Part shown: positions 49,594 through 63,361 of the stretch, piece after piece
Layout of the letters: every line of letters starts with the position of its first letter
Numbering within the stretch: position 1 is the stretch's first letter
Assembly: GCA_043228905.1 (NCBI GenBank)
Contig: JBHGNT010000001.1
Span: forward strand, 19,282,001-19,346,000
DNA length: 64,000 bases
Direction of reading: 5' to 3'
Origin: Azolla caroliniana
Taxonomy: Eukaryota > Plantae > Polypodiophyta
Program-made: the position numbers and the translations under genes
The notes under the pieces: generated by a model
The model's input: the letters and a program-made list of their open reading frames with translations, nothing else
Databases searched by the model: none
Told to the model about the DNA's origin: nothing

Positions 49594-50469
49594 ATAGATA
49601 GAGCAAGAGCAAGAACATCACCAAAAATACTCAACAAGAACATTTTGAGGAACATAACATATACATAGGACCATATCATCATAACACCCCTTTCCATAGA
49701 TGAACATGTACTAGACTCAACCATATACATGTTACAAGACTCTCAAATGAACACATTTGAAAAACAAGACGACAAATATACTCAACAAGAACACGTTGAA
49801 GAAGATAACATATAAATAACATCATATCATCATAACGCCCCCTTACCATATGTGAACATGTACACCACTCAAGCATATTTCTATACAAGACTCTCAAATG
49901 AACACTTTTGAAAAACAAGACAACTTGTGGTAGAGTTACAAGTTATTTGGTAGACTCTCAATGAGTATGTGGTAGAGTTACAAGTTATTTTCCAACAACT
50001 TGTTGTAGATCATGCAACAAAACCTACAATAGGAGGAGACATAGATGTTGTGTTGCATGTTTGTTGTAGAGGGGTCATAACAAGGACATCGAGTAGAGAT
50101 GGTATGAACACAACGAGTAGCGGGGACAGAGTGAGCAAAGAATGCATGATACACCATAGAGGGGTCACAATAATAACCAAGAGAAGAGAATGCATGTTCG
50201 CTGCAAATGGCTCACAACAACAATAAAGAGCAAAGAACTCTTGTTCGCTCTGGATGATGTGACACAACAAGCACCAACGAGAAAAGATGGTGGGGACATA
50301 GTGAGCAAAGGGAACAAAGTGAGCACAAAGCACCTTGAGGTTGCGGTAGAGTCAAAGAGAACACAGAACGTGGTTTCCTGGAGGTGCAGACGATCTGAAG
50401 CATCACCACAACTTGAGCACCTGTGAATGTCAGGAGAAGCAAAGAGAGATCTAAGAGAGAGGGAGATCT

Positions 50470-50473
<4 letters not shown>

Positions 50474-50542
<69 letters not shown>

Positions 50543-50695
50543 TTTGAGAAAGAGATACAGAGACAAAGAGATTGAGAGAGAGAGAGAGAGAGACAGAAAG
50601 AGAGTAACTTCAACATCCAGAGGAGAGACAGACAGACAGACAGAGATAGAGAGAGAGACACACACACACACACAAAGACTCACTCACTCACTCAC
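50474..50695. repeat. Compound (GA)n/(GACA)n/(CA)n/(CTCA)n microsatellite
   Basis: Direct reading. Confidence 0.95.
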
Positions 50696-51139
50696 CTTCA
50701 ACAATTAAAGATTTTGTATAAGTTTACCTCGACATATGCACCTTCAACCTCAACTGGAATTTATTAAACAAGGGACACTTGGACAGAGACGTAACACTAG
50801 AAGGATGTGTGGGTTTATTGTTCTTTTAAATTTTGAACCCATTGAATATGACTTTTATTTTTTTAATAGGTGATGATAAACTTTTTAGTCACATTTATTG
50901 TATTTATTATAAATTATAGTGTTAATTCTCTTAATCGAAATAGTACTAAAATTTTGGCCAAAAGTTGGTACACCATATAGCTTGCTCACTAATTTTGCGT
51001 ACAATATTCCTATTTACTGTACTAGGAATATAGTTTATTAACGGCCTACTCGAGTCCCGCACCACATGGCTTTCAGTTCTCGGTCCACACAGCCGATTTC
51101 AGTCTCCCCGATTGGTCTTCAACCGATTCAGTTCTTGGC

Positions 51140-53210
51140 TTCTTCAGCCGATCGACCCGAGTTGAGCTTGTTCGCTCAACAAAAATGACCACCGTGAGGA
51201 CGGTAATTGCACTTGTAGAAGCAAAAGGGTGGCACTTGCATCAAATGGATGTGAAGAACGCATTCCTCTAAGGTGAACTTGAGGAGGAAGTTTACATGAT
51301 GCAACCACCTGGCTTTGAATCAAGCAACCATCCATATGTAATTTGTCGATTGAAGAAGCCGCTCTATGGACTGACGCAAGCCCCAAGAGCATGACATTCA
51401 AAGATCACATCATATCTTCACGACATTGGCTTCCGAATGTCAAAATCTTATAACTTGTTGTATATCTGGAACAATCCCAAAACCCTCGTCGTCTTAATCT
51501 TGTATGTCGATGACCTTGTCATCAATGGAGAAAGCCTCACTGAGACACAAAAGATTAAAAAGCTACTTTTAGAGAAGTTCGTGATGAAGGATATGAATGA
51601 CTTACATTATTTTCTCGACATCGAGGTCATTCAAACTCCAGAAGGGTTCGTACTCTCACAATGACACTATGTGTTGAACTTGCTCTACAAGTTCGGAATG
51701 ATTGAGTCTAAGTCCATCTCGACACCCCTTGATCGAAATATGAAGCTAACTACAAATTTTGCAAATTCTATGAGCCGACATGGTATCGCTAAATAATCAG
51801 GAGTCTTATCTACTTAACTATCCCCCGACCATACCGCAACTATCCCCCACGACACTCACATGGATTGTGCTAAGCGATTGTTACGTTATGTTGGTGGAAC
51901 AGTTAATTATGGTATCTTCTATAAGCGTGGAGTACCACTTCAACTCGAAGGCTTCACAAATGTTGATTGGGCGGGCAATGCATCTAATAGGCGATCCACT
52001 TCGGGATTTACGTTTTCACTCAATAGTGGAGCAATCTCTTGGAGCAACAAGAAACAACGAACAATCACTCTTTCGAGCACGAAGGCAGCGTATAGGGCTG
52101 CAACGGTAGCTGCTTGTGAAGCTGTATGGCTTAAAAGATTGTTGAAAGACTTCAACGAATTGGTGAACAAGCCAATACTAATCCACTGCGATAATCTTAG
52201 CAGCATCCATCTCGCAAAGAATCTGGTGTTTCACGCCCGGACTAAGCACATCGAGGTGTACTATCATTACATCTGTGAGCGCATATTGGCCGGCGACATT
52301 GACCTCAAATACGTTGGCACCAACGTGCAAGTGGCCGATATTTTCACTAAGGCGCTAGGTCTTGACAAGCTATGACAATTCCCAATGAATCTAGGCCTTA
52401 AAACACTCGATATGCTGAGCTTGGGGGAGAGTAGAAGTACAAAGACGAAGGAAAACATTGAGAATCAGCACCATACAAGAGGAAGACTGAGACCGGCATC
52501 GGCAAAGTAAGGCCGACACATTTAATCTGACTTGACTTGGCAAGTTAGAGGAAGACTTTCCAAAGCCCAGAATTTTTGAAGTTTGAGATAAACCCGACCC
52601 TGTCGGCACCCTTGACAAGCTTGAAATTTTGGATCAACAAGATCGACATTGCTAGATCATGATTGAGTACATAGGAACAATAGGAAAACCACGGTCTAGT
52701 AATCCGACCAACTACAATCGAGTCTTCCATTACACCAAGACAACCAAGCTTAAGAGGACACACAATTGAACTTGAGGGGGCGTGTTGAGAATCAAGCTCA
52801 ACTTGTGTGAACATGTGCTTATGAAGAAAAGGACGATGTGTGAAAAAGTGTGTGAGCACACTTTATTGTAATCTGTGTAGTTGTTGAGTGTTAATATGGT
52901 CAAAGAATATTAGTTATTCTTATGACAAACTCATACTCAAGTGGATATCTTGGTTAGATTCCTCAAACACATTTTGTATGGTAGTCCCCTGAGGACTTGT
53001 ATATAAACCCCTTTGCCCATTCTATTTTGTTGATGATCTTTAGTTAATTAATAGAGCTCTCTTCAGTGCATAAGCTATCATCCCCCTATTCTGTATTTTC
53101 TTATTCTTTTCTAGTTATTCTCTCTGATTTTCTTCTCTTGCTTATACACCCACTCTCTCACACACACGCTACGCTTCTGAATACTCAACTCTAATAGAGT
53201 TAGATTCTTT
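51140..53210 (+). mobile_element. Decayed Ty1/Copia 3' remnant (RT, RNase H, PPT, LTR starting at 52783)
   Basis: HQMDVKNAFL, LYVDDLVI, WAGNASNRRSTSG, HARTKHIEV, ADIFTKAL; GAGGGGG PPT followed by TGTTGAGAATC. Confidence 0.85.
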
Positions 53211-53224
53211 ATAGTTGGTGTAGT

Positions 53225-53796
53225 CGGTCACCGTCATATCCCTTTGGTGGATATTGTTGAGCTCCTACCGAAGCTGCATCTTTCGGGTCGTAGTACTTGC
53301 GGCAAAAATCGTTTTCAGATTTTCCCAGGCCTCCTTTGTTGTCTTCGCGTCTCTGATGTAGCCCATCATCTAGTCGTGCACACAAGATGTAAGGCAGTAG
53401 AGCACTCTGCTAGCTACCTGCTCCCAAGTCGAAAAGTCCTTGTGTGCCGGCTCTATTGCTACCTCGTTTGCGCCATCGACGTAACTCTAGTACCCGTGCC
53501 CAAGTAGGTACTGGTGCATCTTGTACTCCCACGATGCGTAGTTATTTCTATCCAACTTGTCTATTGGTAGAGTGCCTCTCATGCCTCTGTCCATGTTGCT
53601 GTCTGTTTTTGTTTGGAAGTGAGTTGCTTGGTCTTTGTCAACAATGTTGGCTGCAGAGGATCTGTCCTAACCCTTGCACTTTGATATCACGTAAAGAAAA
53701 TTTGTGGAAGCTAGAGAGACACAATCGACTGAGCTGAATACACCATATGCAACAGTTAGACAGTTAGATAAACACAGAGATGGAGATGGAGATACA

Positions 53797-53837
<41 letters not shown>

Positions 53838-54135
53838 ACACAGACAACAGAGGACTATATTTCAAAAATTGTCGAATTACATACAATGTGCTAACAGAGC
53901 ACTTTTTATACAAAGCCTCTATCAGTAGGTTGGCAACCTTCAATGAACTCATTCAAGAGTTTTGACATCTACTTAGACCTATAATATTCCTATGATCTAG
54001 GTCCTATTTGGCCCTACAACCCTACATCCTAACAACTTATAGCCGATTCGGCCTTTTCGGCCCTTTTGGCTTCTAGCCGATCCGTTTTTCGTCCTTTAGC
54101 TGATCTGGCTTTCGGTTGAGCTTGACTTCTCAACA
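53225..54135 (-). mobile_element. Decayed Ty1/Copia 5' remnant (LTR about 53691-54135, degenerate iMet PBS at about 53680, gag start)
   Basis: Minus strand reads KLDRNNYASWEYKMHQYLLGHG, homologous to 39300-39400; LTR terminus TGTTGAGAAGTCAAGCTCAAC matches 52783. Confidence 0.75.
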
Positions 54136-54979
54136 CACTCTTTCCTCTCACTCTCCTTAATCTTTGTTAGCTCTAAGGAGCTTGTAATAAAACCTTCTTG
54201 TAAGCATCGGCAAGTATTAATGTGAATTAATTATTGATTTGGCTTGATATATGTTCTCCCCACCAAGTTTTGGGTCCGTTTCGAGACCGCCGTGTTTTAG
54301 GTTCATTACGCCAACTCTCAATGGTATTGGTAGTCCTAACCCAAGGGTGGTGCCCCTTTTTGGGAATTGGGACTTAGATTAGGACTAGGACCGGTTCCCT
54401 TCTAGGTTCCCAACATAGATTGGGACTCATGGTTGCATGGTTGTCCCAACCAAACCAAACCTTTGCTTGGGTTAGGCCCTTGCCAACTCCCTTTTGGGAC
54501 TTGTTGGATAAGTCCCCGACTCACTTCGAGACCATGTTCCGGGGGTTGGGGTTGGGGGTGTTGTTTAGGAGGACCAGAGTGCCAACAACTCGTTTTGGGG
54601 CTCCTCGGTTCCCTCGTCCCTCGTTTTGGGTTGGCACTCTTAAGGGACATTGTCCCACCACATACAATACATACATACATACATAACATACAATACAATA
54701 CAATACATATAATACATACATAGGTGGATAGGTGAGAGAGGTGAGAGAGGTGGTGACGATGACGATGACGATGACGATATCCATTATTGACCTCTTAGGC
54801 ACTCCACAAAATTCTAATGAATGACGAGAGCAGAACAGCTCCATCTCCATCTCCATCTCCATCTCCATCTCCATCTCCGTCTTTCTCTTTCTCTTTTCTC
54901 GCGCGAGAACAGGACAAAATAAACGTAAGTAATGTGAAGAAGCCAGAAAATTAGAGAAAACGCAGATTTCGCCAACTTC

Positions 54980-57900
54980 ATGGATAGCTCTTCATCAGAT
55001 GTTGTTCCATCTTCTGGCTATAACCTTCCCATCATAGCTGCGTTTTTCAGTTTCATCATCGCTCAATCCCTTAAGGTGCTCATAACATGGTACATTTTCT
55101 CTCATCAATCTGCTCTGCACTGATTCCAGTTAAAAACTTTTGTGGATTGCTAAGATTAGTTTATATTCTCTATGACGGACGAAAATTTAATTGCTATTCA
55201 TTTTGACATGCTAAGATTTCTTGATTTGTTTTTTCTTTTCTGTTAATGATCAATTATGTTGAAGCCCTTCGTGAATGCTGACAGTAGTTGGCTTTCTGTA
55301 TGGAATGCTTGGATTACTCATCCATGTTATTGTGCTTGAGAATTCCAGATTAGTTGAAATTGTCTTCCGAAATTAATTAACATTAGCTCATAATCCTTAG
55401 GTGGTGAATTCTGAAATAGTCGGCGTTGTTTCTGGAATACTAGATTCGATGACTTTCTGGAATTAGTCGACTTTGTTAATCTTCCTTTTTAAGTGATTGC
55501 TAGATTGATTGATCTTTCTTCTGAAGTACATAATAGTCAATGAAATTTGCAAATGCTACATTGTGGTTCTTTTCGTGAATTGTAGAATAGTCAAGCTTCT
55601 TTGTGAATGCCTGATTTTTTTATTCTGTTTTTAGATCACTTATTAATCTTTATGAATGCTTGATATAAGATTGTTTTTAATTGCTGAATGATAGATTTTT
55701 CCATGTTCTCCGTTAATGCCAGTTGAGTTGAGGCTCTCTGTGGATTCTAGAGTAATCAATGCTCTTTGTGAATCCCATATTAATTTATTATCATCGTGAA
55801 TACCAGGCTTGTTGATGTCATTCCCCTTTGAAGAAACTCTTACTTGGGGTTTAAAATATGTTAAAATCATCGGTATTTTGATATCACTCCCATTTGACTA
55901 GAAATATGCCCGCACATTTCTTGACTTTTAGGATGCACAAAAGAATAAATTGGGGTTTCTTCCCAGTTAGAATCAAAATTATGATATTTAAAATCATCCA
56001 TTTTTGGAGTTTTTCCTTTTTGAGAGAAAACTACCATAATTCTTCATCTACAAGATGTAGAAGGTTACCCAACTTAACAGATTCATCTGAAATTCTTTGG
56101 GAATTCCAGATGATTTTCCTGTTGGAATAAACAACATTTTTGAGCTCTATGATATCTGATGTCATCAGGTTTTATTGTTTGATGGAAAAGTACCACATTA
56201 TTCTTTGATATTTAAGGTGTATAATAACATCATCTCGAATCCTTGTTTACCACATTCTTGAACATTATCATCAATTTGATATTTTTCCTTCTCACCAGAA
56301 ATTTGTTGACATATTTCCTGTGTGTTGAAATGTATAAGAACTTCAGACCTATCAATATACACTGGCTTTATTTGAAATTCGTTGCTGATGCTAGTATGTT
56401 TCACTGATTATGGGAAACATCCTCTTGAGTGTGAAGAAGTATAATATTATTACTTCCTTGATACTTTCCTTGTTTGACAGAAATGTACTACCTTAGTTCT
56501 GGAACTTCAAGATGAAATAAGTTATGTGTAATACCACGATGTATTTATTGAACATTCAAATGTATAGCTTCGCCAGGCAATCATGGTCATGTCTTCCAGA
56601 AATGTGTCACCACAATTCGTGGACTATAAGATTTGCAATATCATTATTCTAAGAGCAGGAATTTCGTTTATAAGGCATACTAAAAATCCATTACTGGATA
56701 ATGTGCTGAAAAATTTCTGGGGCCGAAGCTTTTATTCATTTTCTTCTTTGAATTGTTTTCCTATTTGGATTGAAGATAAAATGTCACATCTCTTGTTTTA
56801 ATACAGTTTTGGAATTTTCGTAGCTCAATTTATTTATATTGAAGATAACCATAATATACCTATTGATCTCAATCTTCAATTTCATAATGCACTTTGCATT
56901 TAGAAAGTTGATTTATTTGTTAGCTTCTGTTTTAGGTATAAAGACAGAAGATGGGAAGCAAAGAAGGCTCTTAGTTCTGCTGGAATGCCATCTTCTCACT
57001 CTGCCACAGTCATGAGCCTTGCAGCTGCCATTGGATTAAAAGATGGCTGTGGGGGTTCGACTTTTGCTATAGCAATAGTTGTCGCTTGTGTAGTAAGTCC
57101 AATCTTAAATAGAAAAAAATAGCTGTATACCCTGGAGTTTTCTTTTTTACACCAAATGTGTCTGAATTTTTGTTATGGAAAGAGCAGCTATATGTGCTGT
57201 TTGAGGAATTATATGATCAATTCATCTCCTTCTCAGGTATATGTGCCATTTGAGCAAATCTATGGTCAATCCATCCCCTTTTTCTCGCATTTGGGTAACT
57301 AAGAAAAAGTCAGGGGTAATTCAGAGCTTGTCTACCTACTTTCAATGTATGTTTTGTTTACGCAATTATGCTTGGAAATATATAGGTTATGTACGATGCA
57401 ACTGGAGTAAGACTACAAGCTGGTAGGCAAGCGCAGGTGCTAAATCAAATTGTCTTTGACCTTCCACCTGAGCATCCACTATCCGAAACAAGACCTCTTC
57501 AAGAGCCACTCGGTCATACACCTCCACAGGTGAGACAAGTTTTCTTTTCTGTTTCCTGTGTAGGGAAATTTGAAGGAAGTATTTTAGTGATTGTATTGAG
57601 AATTCTATTGAGGTGCTTCTGAGGGCTTGTGGAAAGTGTTGATAATTCCCGTATTTTCATTTCTGGCCAAAAGAGAAAGTAAAAGCTACTTTCTAAAGCC
57701 CTTATGTAGACCAGGGATATATTTGAGTTTCTCTACATAGAACTTGATTTTAATGCAATCAATAAACATGAAGACTTACGTAGAGGCGCTTGTCAGGGTT
57801 CAAGGAAATTATGTAAATAAAAATATTCATGAAAATCGTGTTTTATGTTAGGGAAAAACTTGGCCTTATCCACGTTCTTTTTTATTTTCCTAAATGATTT

Positions 57901-58334
57901 TACTGCAATTTTATGTACTAGTTGAGCAATAATGATCAATAATCCCTGTTTCCTCTGTGTTGGCGAAGAACCAATGGTACAATGAAAAAGTAGGGGCATT
58001 TTAGGAAACAAAGGAAAACTCAGGCATGTTTCAGTGTGTCCCCCTAAATTTCACAGCTTTAGGTAAATGCAATGATTTGTAGTGCTAGTTGTTCCTACAT
58101 TTAGCCAGTACAAATACACTACATTCTATCTGGCTGAAATGTCTAGTTAAGCTGAAATAAAGCATAAGCAATATGTTTTGCTTGAATGCTGAGAAATTAG
58201 ATCAGAGCAACACCCTTGATAACACCAAAGGTTAATCATAAAGTTTCTCTGCCTTACAGGTAGGGGCAGGTGCATTTCTTGGTTGCATAGTAGCATTGTT
58301 AGTTCATGTTGCATCAAGGCCAGGTATTTCTTGA
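54980..58334 (+). CDS. Host gene: DUF212 / divergent PAP2 (acid phosphatase/vanadium-dependent haloperoxidase-related, YuiD-like) membrane protein, 161 aa; exons 54980-55089, 56936-57092, 57386-57529, 58260-58334
   Basis: GT-AG introns join in frame to give ...IIAQSLKVLITWYKDRRWE...SAGMPSSHSATV...VMYDATGVRLQAGRQAQVLN...LGHTPPQVGAGAFLG..., the signature motifs of this family. Confidence 0.93.
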
Positions 58335-59743
58335 TTGATGATGAAGATACACATTCGAGCGTTTTGGAATCATATTTGCCCGATGATGAGCATGTTACTA
58401 ATGTACATCATTCCTCGTTTTTCCTCATGAATTTGCAATGTTCTTATATCGCAAAAAAGCATGTGATGATTGCTTTCCTTTTTCTCTTAGTTGATGGAGA
58501 TAATACAGTTACTTCTATTCTATTACCTTTCCTTTCGAGTTAAACCTCACAGCAGAAACAATTGCAATATGCTATTCTGAAAAATAAAACAAAATAAATT
58601 GGAATCTATATTTTTGTACCTATTGTCTCTATAACATGGATGCTAAAATTTACTGTAATTATTTTCCCTAATGAACATTCCTATGTTAAGTTCAAATGAT
58701 AATCAAGATAAATTGACTGAAGATGGCTTTCTAAAGCCAATATCTTTGACACGTCTTTGAAGCAGTAAATCAACCATAGTCATGGCCTTTCATAATTAAT
58801 TTAATCAAGAGTATCACAGTTTTGGCCGTTGATTAAAAGACAACCGCTAAGATAACAAATTTCAACCAATGGTCAATAATAGATTGCATTGAGAGAAATA
58901 TCATGTTTCAATACTTAATGAACACTTTGATAGAAGAGATACGATCAAAGAGTCTCTATTTAATACTATTGCACGTTACGCATGTCTTGAGTAATGGGCT
59001 TGATGCTAAGTTCATAATAGAAACTCTTCATGGTGTACTTTTTGATGTTATGAGTGTACGTGTGTGTGTGTGTGCTTGCGTGCATATATAATTGTGGATG
59101 TGCACACATCTAAACTCTCTACTCCATATAACATGCCTTGAATATTTCACATTATTTATACTTACAAAATAATAGGTGGAAAACGCATAATATTTTATGC
59201 TATGCTTACCAAATGCTTCCAATATAGAAAGCCTTCGTATCAATAAGAACTTTTTCATGTATGGCTATTGTGGTGTTAAGTGTTTCCCAATGTTGATGAA
59301 CTATATGAATCACTAATGTTATATGGAAACCATGTTTTGATGTGATCAAACATTTAGGAGTCAAGTAGGGTATGACGTTCACACTCAAGGAAGGGACGAG
59401 TGCATAATGTGCATAGCCGATAAGACTCATCATTGTGGCTTAATGTTATTCCTCAAATTGAAGAGAATGAGAACGAAGTTGAATGGAATAGATGATTTTG
59501 TAATGCCCCTAGTTAATGGGGGTCTTGATAAGCACACAAAACATGATTGGGACACAGAAATTTGGGACACATGTTGTTCCCCTAGATTATGGCGGTCTTG
59601 AAACCCACTGAAACATGATTCCAAAAACGAGAGAAGTGGGACAAAAAGATGATCTTTACTATATGAAAGAGTTACAGGTTTACAACCATCCCAATATTGG
59701 GACCAACCAAAAGAAAAAAAGGGTTTGGGGTATGTACCCTATT

Positions 59744-59784
<41 letters not shown>

Positions 59785-59787
<3 letters not shown>

Positions 59788-61198
59788 AGAATTTTTATCG
59801 TCCATAAAGAGGCCAGTTTTGACCTATGGGACCAAAGTATACGTGTGTTCTTGATATGTGTCTCCTTCCTAAGAAGGGGTATTCATACATTGAAGCACAA
59901 AGTCTCTATGCGTGAATAAAGCATACACATAATGAGCTCAACTTCCAGGTGATGTCTTTAGTATGTCACTTAAGTTATCACTCCCTCTTAGTATGTCACC
60001 ATATCTTTAACGGACTGCACTATATGTCGAACATGTGAAGAGAAAGTGACATTCATCCTCTACCATGCCTTGATTGCATACTTTACATGTGTTCAAATTC
60101 GTTACATTTTGATACCATGATGCAACTTCAATACCTAACTTGTGAGATCGAGTGCGAAGTAGTGTCAGGGCTCTATGAGCATTACTACTAATATTGGTAA
60201 TGAGATAAGGTTGGATACGTTCAATAGGCATTCTTGCTTTATATTGAGACCAACATTTAGGGTTGACATTTGCAATGTAGTATCTAAATTTGTCCTCTTA
60301 GCATCTTCCCACTTCATCCTTAATGATTCCACCAACCTTTCCTCAATCATTACATAATGCATATCATTGCTCGAAAGCTCTAAAAGATCATCGACACTCC
60401 ATCATCTAAACCATTTCCTTATGTCAACAACCCAACCGAATGATAGAATCTTACTCTTATGATTCTTTTGTAGCTTACATCCAACATTCCAAGCAAGATG
60501 TGGTAATTGATGATTCAACATATTCTTGACTTTTGTAATGTATTTATATACTCTTTGGAGTGCTAATATTTCTATGGGTGGAACACCTGTTTCCAAGAGC
60601 ATAACTTGGTACAAGGTAGTGCATTTAACTCCTAATTGCCTCCTTAAAAACATCTTTTGATTTTTCTCAATCTCATTCCATGCATTAAGAGAGATGGTGC
60701 TACCTCATACTTCTACTCCATAAATCAATACTTGAGTTACCATGACATTGAACAACATTAGTTTTACTTCCCATCCACAAGTATCATTTTGGTTGCATTG
60801 GTTCTCCAAATGGTAATACTATTTCCAACTGGCTTGGAGACCAAAATCAAAGCATGCACTCCATTTATTTGTGGCGGGTACATCAATACCAAGATATTTA
60901 AAGCTTTGAACAAATTGTATATGTTCATCTCTATATGTGAGCATAGGGTAATGATGAGGTTGGATGGTTTGCACTACCATCATTTTTGTTTTCTCCACAT
61001 TCACTGCTAGTCCACTACTATAGCAAAATTCTTTTAATGTCCCAAGTAAATGTTGCATACTATCAACCTCATATGAGAAGAGTACGACATCATATGCATA
61101 TAGAAGCAATAAGATAACATGTTGCATCAATTTGGGGGCATTCAATACTTCTTCTCTTGCAACCTTACCACTTCTTCTAATTTATCAATACATAAGTG
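59785..61198 (-). mobile_element. 5'-truncated, decayed LINE (RTE/RTEX-like ORF2: RT end and C-terminal CCHC domain, 3' UTR)
   Basis: LLYAYDVVL (YADD-like), GLAVNVEKTKMM, FKYLGI, LRTRSHKLGIE...CKVCNQGMVEDECHFLFTC; abuts (GA)n at both ends. Confidence 0.85.
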
Positions 61199-62084
61199 AA
61201 AGAGAGAGAGAGAGAGAGAATAAAACTCAAAACTAGCGAATGAATCCAAATGAGGAGAAGCTCCTCCATATATAAGCCCTCGAGTGGTTGTTGGGCTACC
61301 CAAGTGGCTATTGGGCTACCTCAACTGTTATGCCTCATTTTGGGGCTCATTGGTTCTATCCCAACTCACTTTGGGACCATGTTCTAGTTGGGATTGTTTA
61401 GGAGCACCACACATATGAGGATTTACATTATATCCAAGAGCAAGCTTACAATACTACCAAATTGGGACAAACTAGAAACAGGGTTGGGACTAGTTGGGAC
61501 AGCCCAAGTAGACCACATTCACCCGTATCCCATGGATCTTGAGTCCCATCAAGCTCACAAGATATTTATTACCAAGCACTTCCGCAACTTGGCTTTCCAC
61601 CACGACTCTAAGACGTACTCAATCTTCTTCTTGGTTTTTGTTCAAAGGATTCCATTGTCTCCGCTCCTTGTTCAGCCTCTTTGTTTATCGCCTTTCAAGG
61701 GTTTTCCCCATTTACTTCGGGTTCCACTGTCTTGATTGAGCTCACTTTTGTTGATCTGTTCTTGATCCTTAGCTCAACCTTGGTTTATGGTAATCCCTTA
61801 GACTCCACCTCGTGTACCTCGAGCTCTTGCTTTGGGGACTCTTCCACCTTGACTTCTAGCTCAATCTCTTCAGTTTGTTCTTCCTTGGTCTTACTCTGAC
61901 ATTCGGTCTTGAGCTCTACTTCTTCCATCTTTCCTTCTTGTTCAACCTCCTCCGTTTGGTCTTCGTTGATCTCCATCTCGAACTTGATTTCCATCTTGGT
62001 TTCGATCTTGGTTTCGATCTTGGTATCGATCTCGTCCTTCTCAAACTTTCAGTTAAGATCGTAATCGGCCAAAACCGGTTTCTC

Positions 62085-63355
62085 ATATATGTATTGGGGT
62101 GCAAAGAACAAGTCGATAGTACGCAAACACAAAACAAGAAACGAAAACAGAGGCAGAAGATATTTAACGTGGAAACCCCAAACGGGAAAAACCACTTGTG
62201 TCAGGCCTTTCGCTCCGGATCATTGCATGAGTCGGGTGGGAACCGTTGAGGTTTTGGACTAGGAGAAAGAAGAATATGAGATAAGGTTTGTTACGAATAG
62301 ATTGCAAGATGAAGATATGAAACTCGTGAATCTCACGAGTATAGTGTATTAATTGATATTTAGATTGTAAGAGAGAAATAGATGGCAAAATCATGAATCC
62401 CACGAATATTTTTTATTAATCAACCCTTATAAAAAATCAACAACCATATACATCTTTCTCTCTTCCTTATATAATGATGGAAGAGGCTAATTATAGCATC
62501 ATGCTTTTTCCTGAAGTGTTCGTGCACATTAAATGTGCACGAGTTGCCTTTTTCAACCATGATTTTTTATTTCCTAAATATAGTGCTCATGCACGCTAGA
62601 TGTGCATGAGTAATTGCCTTGTGTTTTTCTTCCAAATAAAGTTTTCACGTATTCTAAAAGTGCATGATTTACTTTTTTTGTAAAAATAGGCATAAATATA
62701 AGTCTTATATTTATTAAATCTATATTTAGATCACTTATGATAAGTTAGTACAATGGTAAAGTTTGGGTTTGTTTATATGGAGGTATACGGTTTGAATCTT
62801 GCCCTGTGCATGTAACAATGTTTTTAATCTTTTCTTTTATTTATTTATGCGTACTTAAATCGGATATATTTTTTACATATGTCACGTAGTGTGTGAATAC
62901 ACTACGACAACGTGGAGTTCACAAACTCTAAAATAGAATCACAATTTTGGGAGAAGTACAATGAGAAGCTAAAAGGCAACAACCTTCTGCTCTCCTTTGT
63001 TAGACGGACGGCTATAGAGTTACTCACATGCTAACTCTCATTCTCTCTCTTATTCTCAATTACTAAGGCAACAACTCACTGTAACTTGTTATAACTATAT
63101 ATCATCATTAAACTACTTACCCTAAGTATATTTATATTGATATACGATATGGGCTATTTACAGATATAGCCCACATGGGGCACATTTAGACTATTTACAA
63201 ATATAGTCTCTCAAATCGGTTATATAACCGATTTTTAGTTTTTGGACTCGGCTGAATTACCCGCATACTCCACCCGATTCGGTTTCTCCTCTTTTTCCCA
63301 TTCGGAGGGACCTGTTTTCCCTACACTTTCATTTATGCTTCATGGTTCCTTGGGA
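62085..63355 (-). repeat. Copia-type LTR (E-like U5 motif) interrupted by a solo LTR
   Basis: ACGTGGAAACCCC-AAACGGGAAAAACCAC|GTGGAGTTCACAAACTC parallels the reverse complement of E LTR 4920-4970; boundaries are approximate. Confidence 0.55.
62199..62909 (-). repeat. Solo LTR of the D family
   Basis: Colinear with 37167-37763 (TGTC...CACTACGACA); flanks ACTTG/ACGTG; tRNA-like module at 62746-62800. Confidence 0.8.
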
Positions 63356-63361
63356 GTGTTT

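Noticed and set aside
50165-50683. 172-aa and 153-aa minus-strand ORFs
   Set aside because: Translations of (CT)n/(GT)n microsatellites with no protein-like content.
49440-51050. DNA transposon (CACTA-like CACTAG at about 50795; TACG-rich ends at 40655-40690 and 45051-45180)
   Set aside because: No matching terminal inverted repeat pair, TSD or transposase could be identified.
54925-54965. Possible 5' UTR intron (GTAAGT...CGCAG) in the host gene
   Set aside because: Only 41 nt and purine-rich; cannot be supported without transcripts.
61785-61994. Glu/Lys-rich 69-aa ORF as a host gene
   Set aside because: Low complexity, embedded among LTR fragments, with no splice or family evidence.
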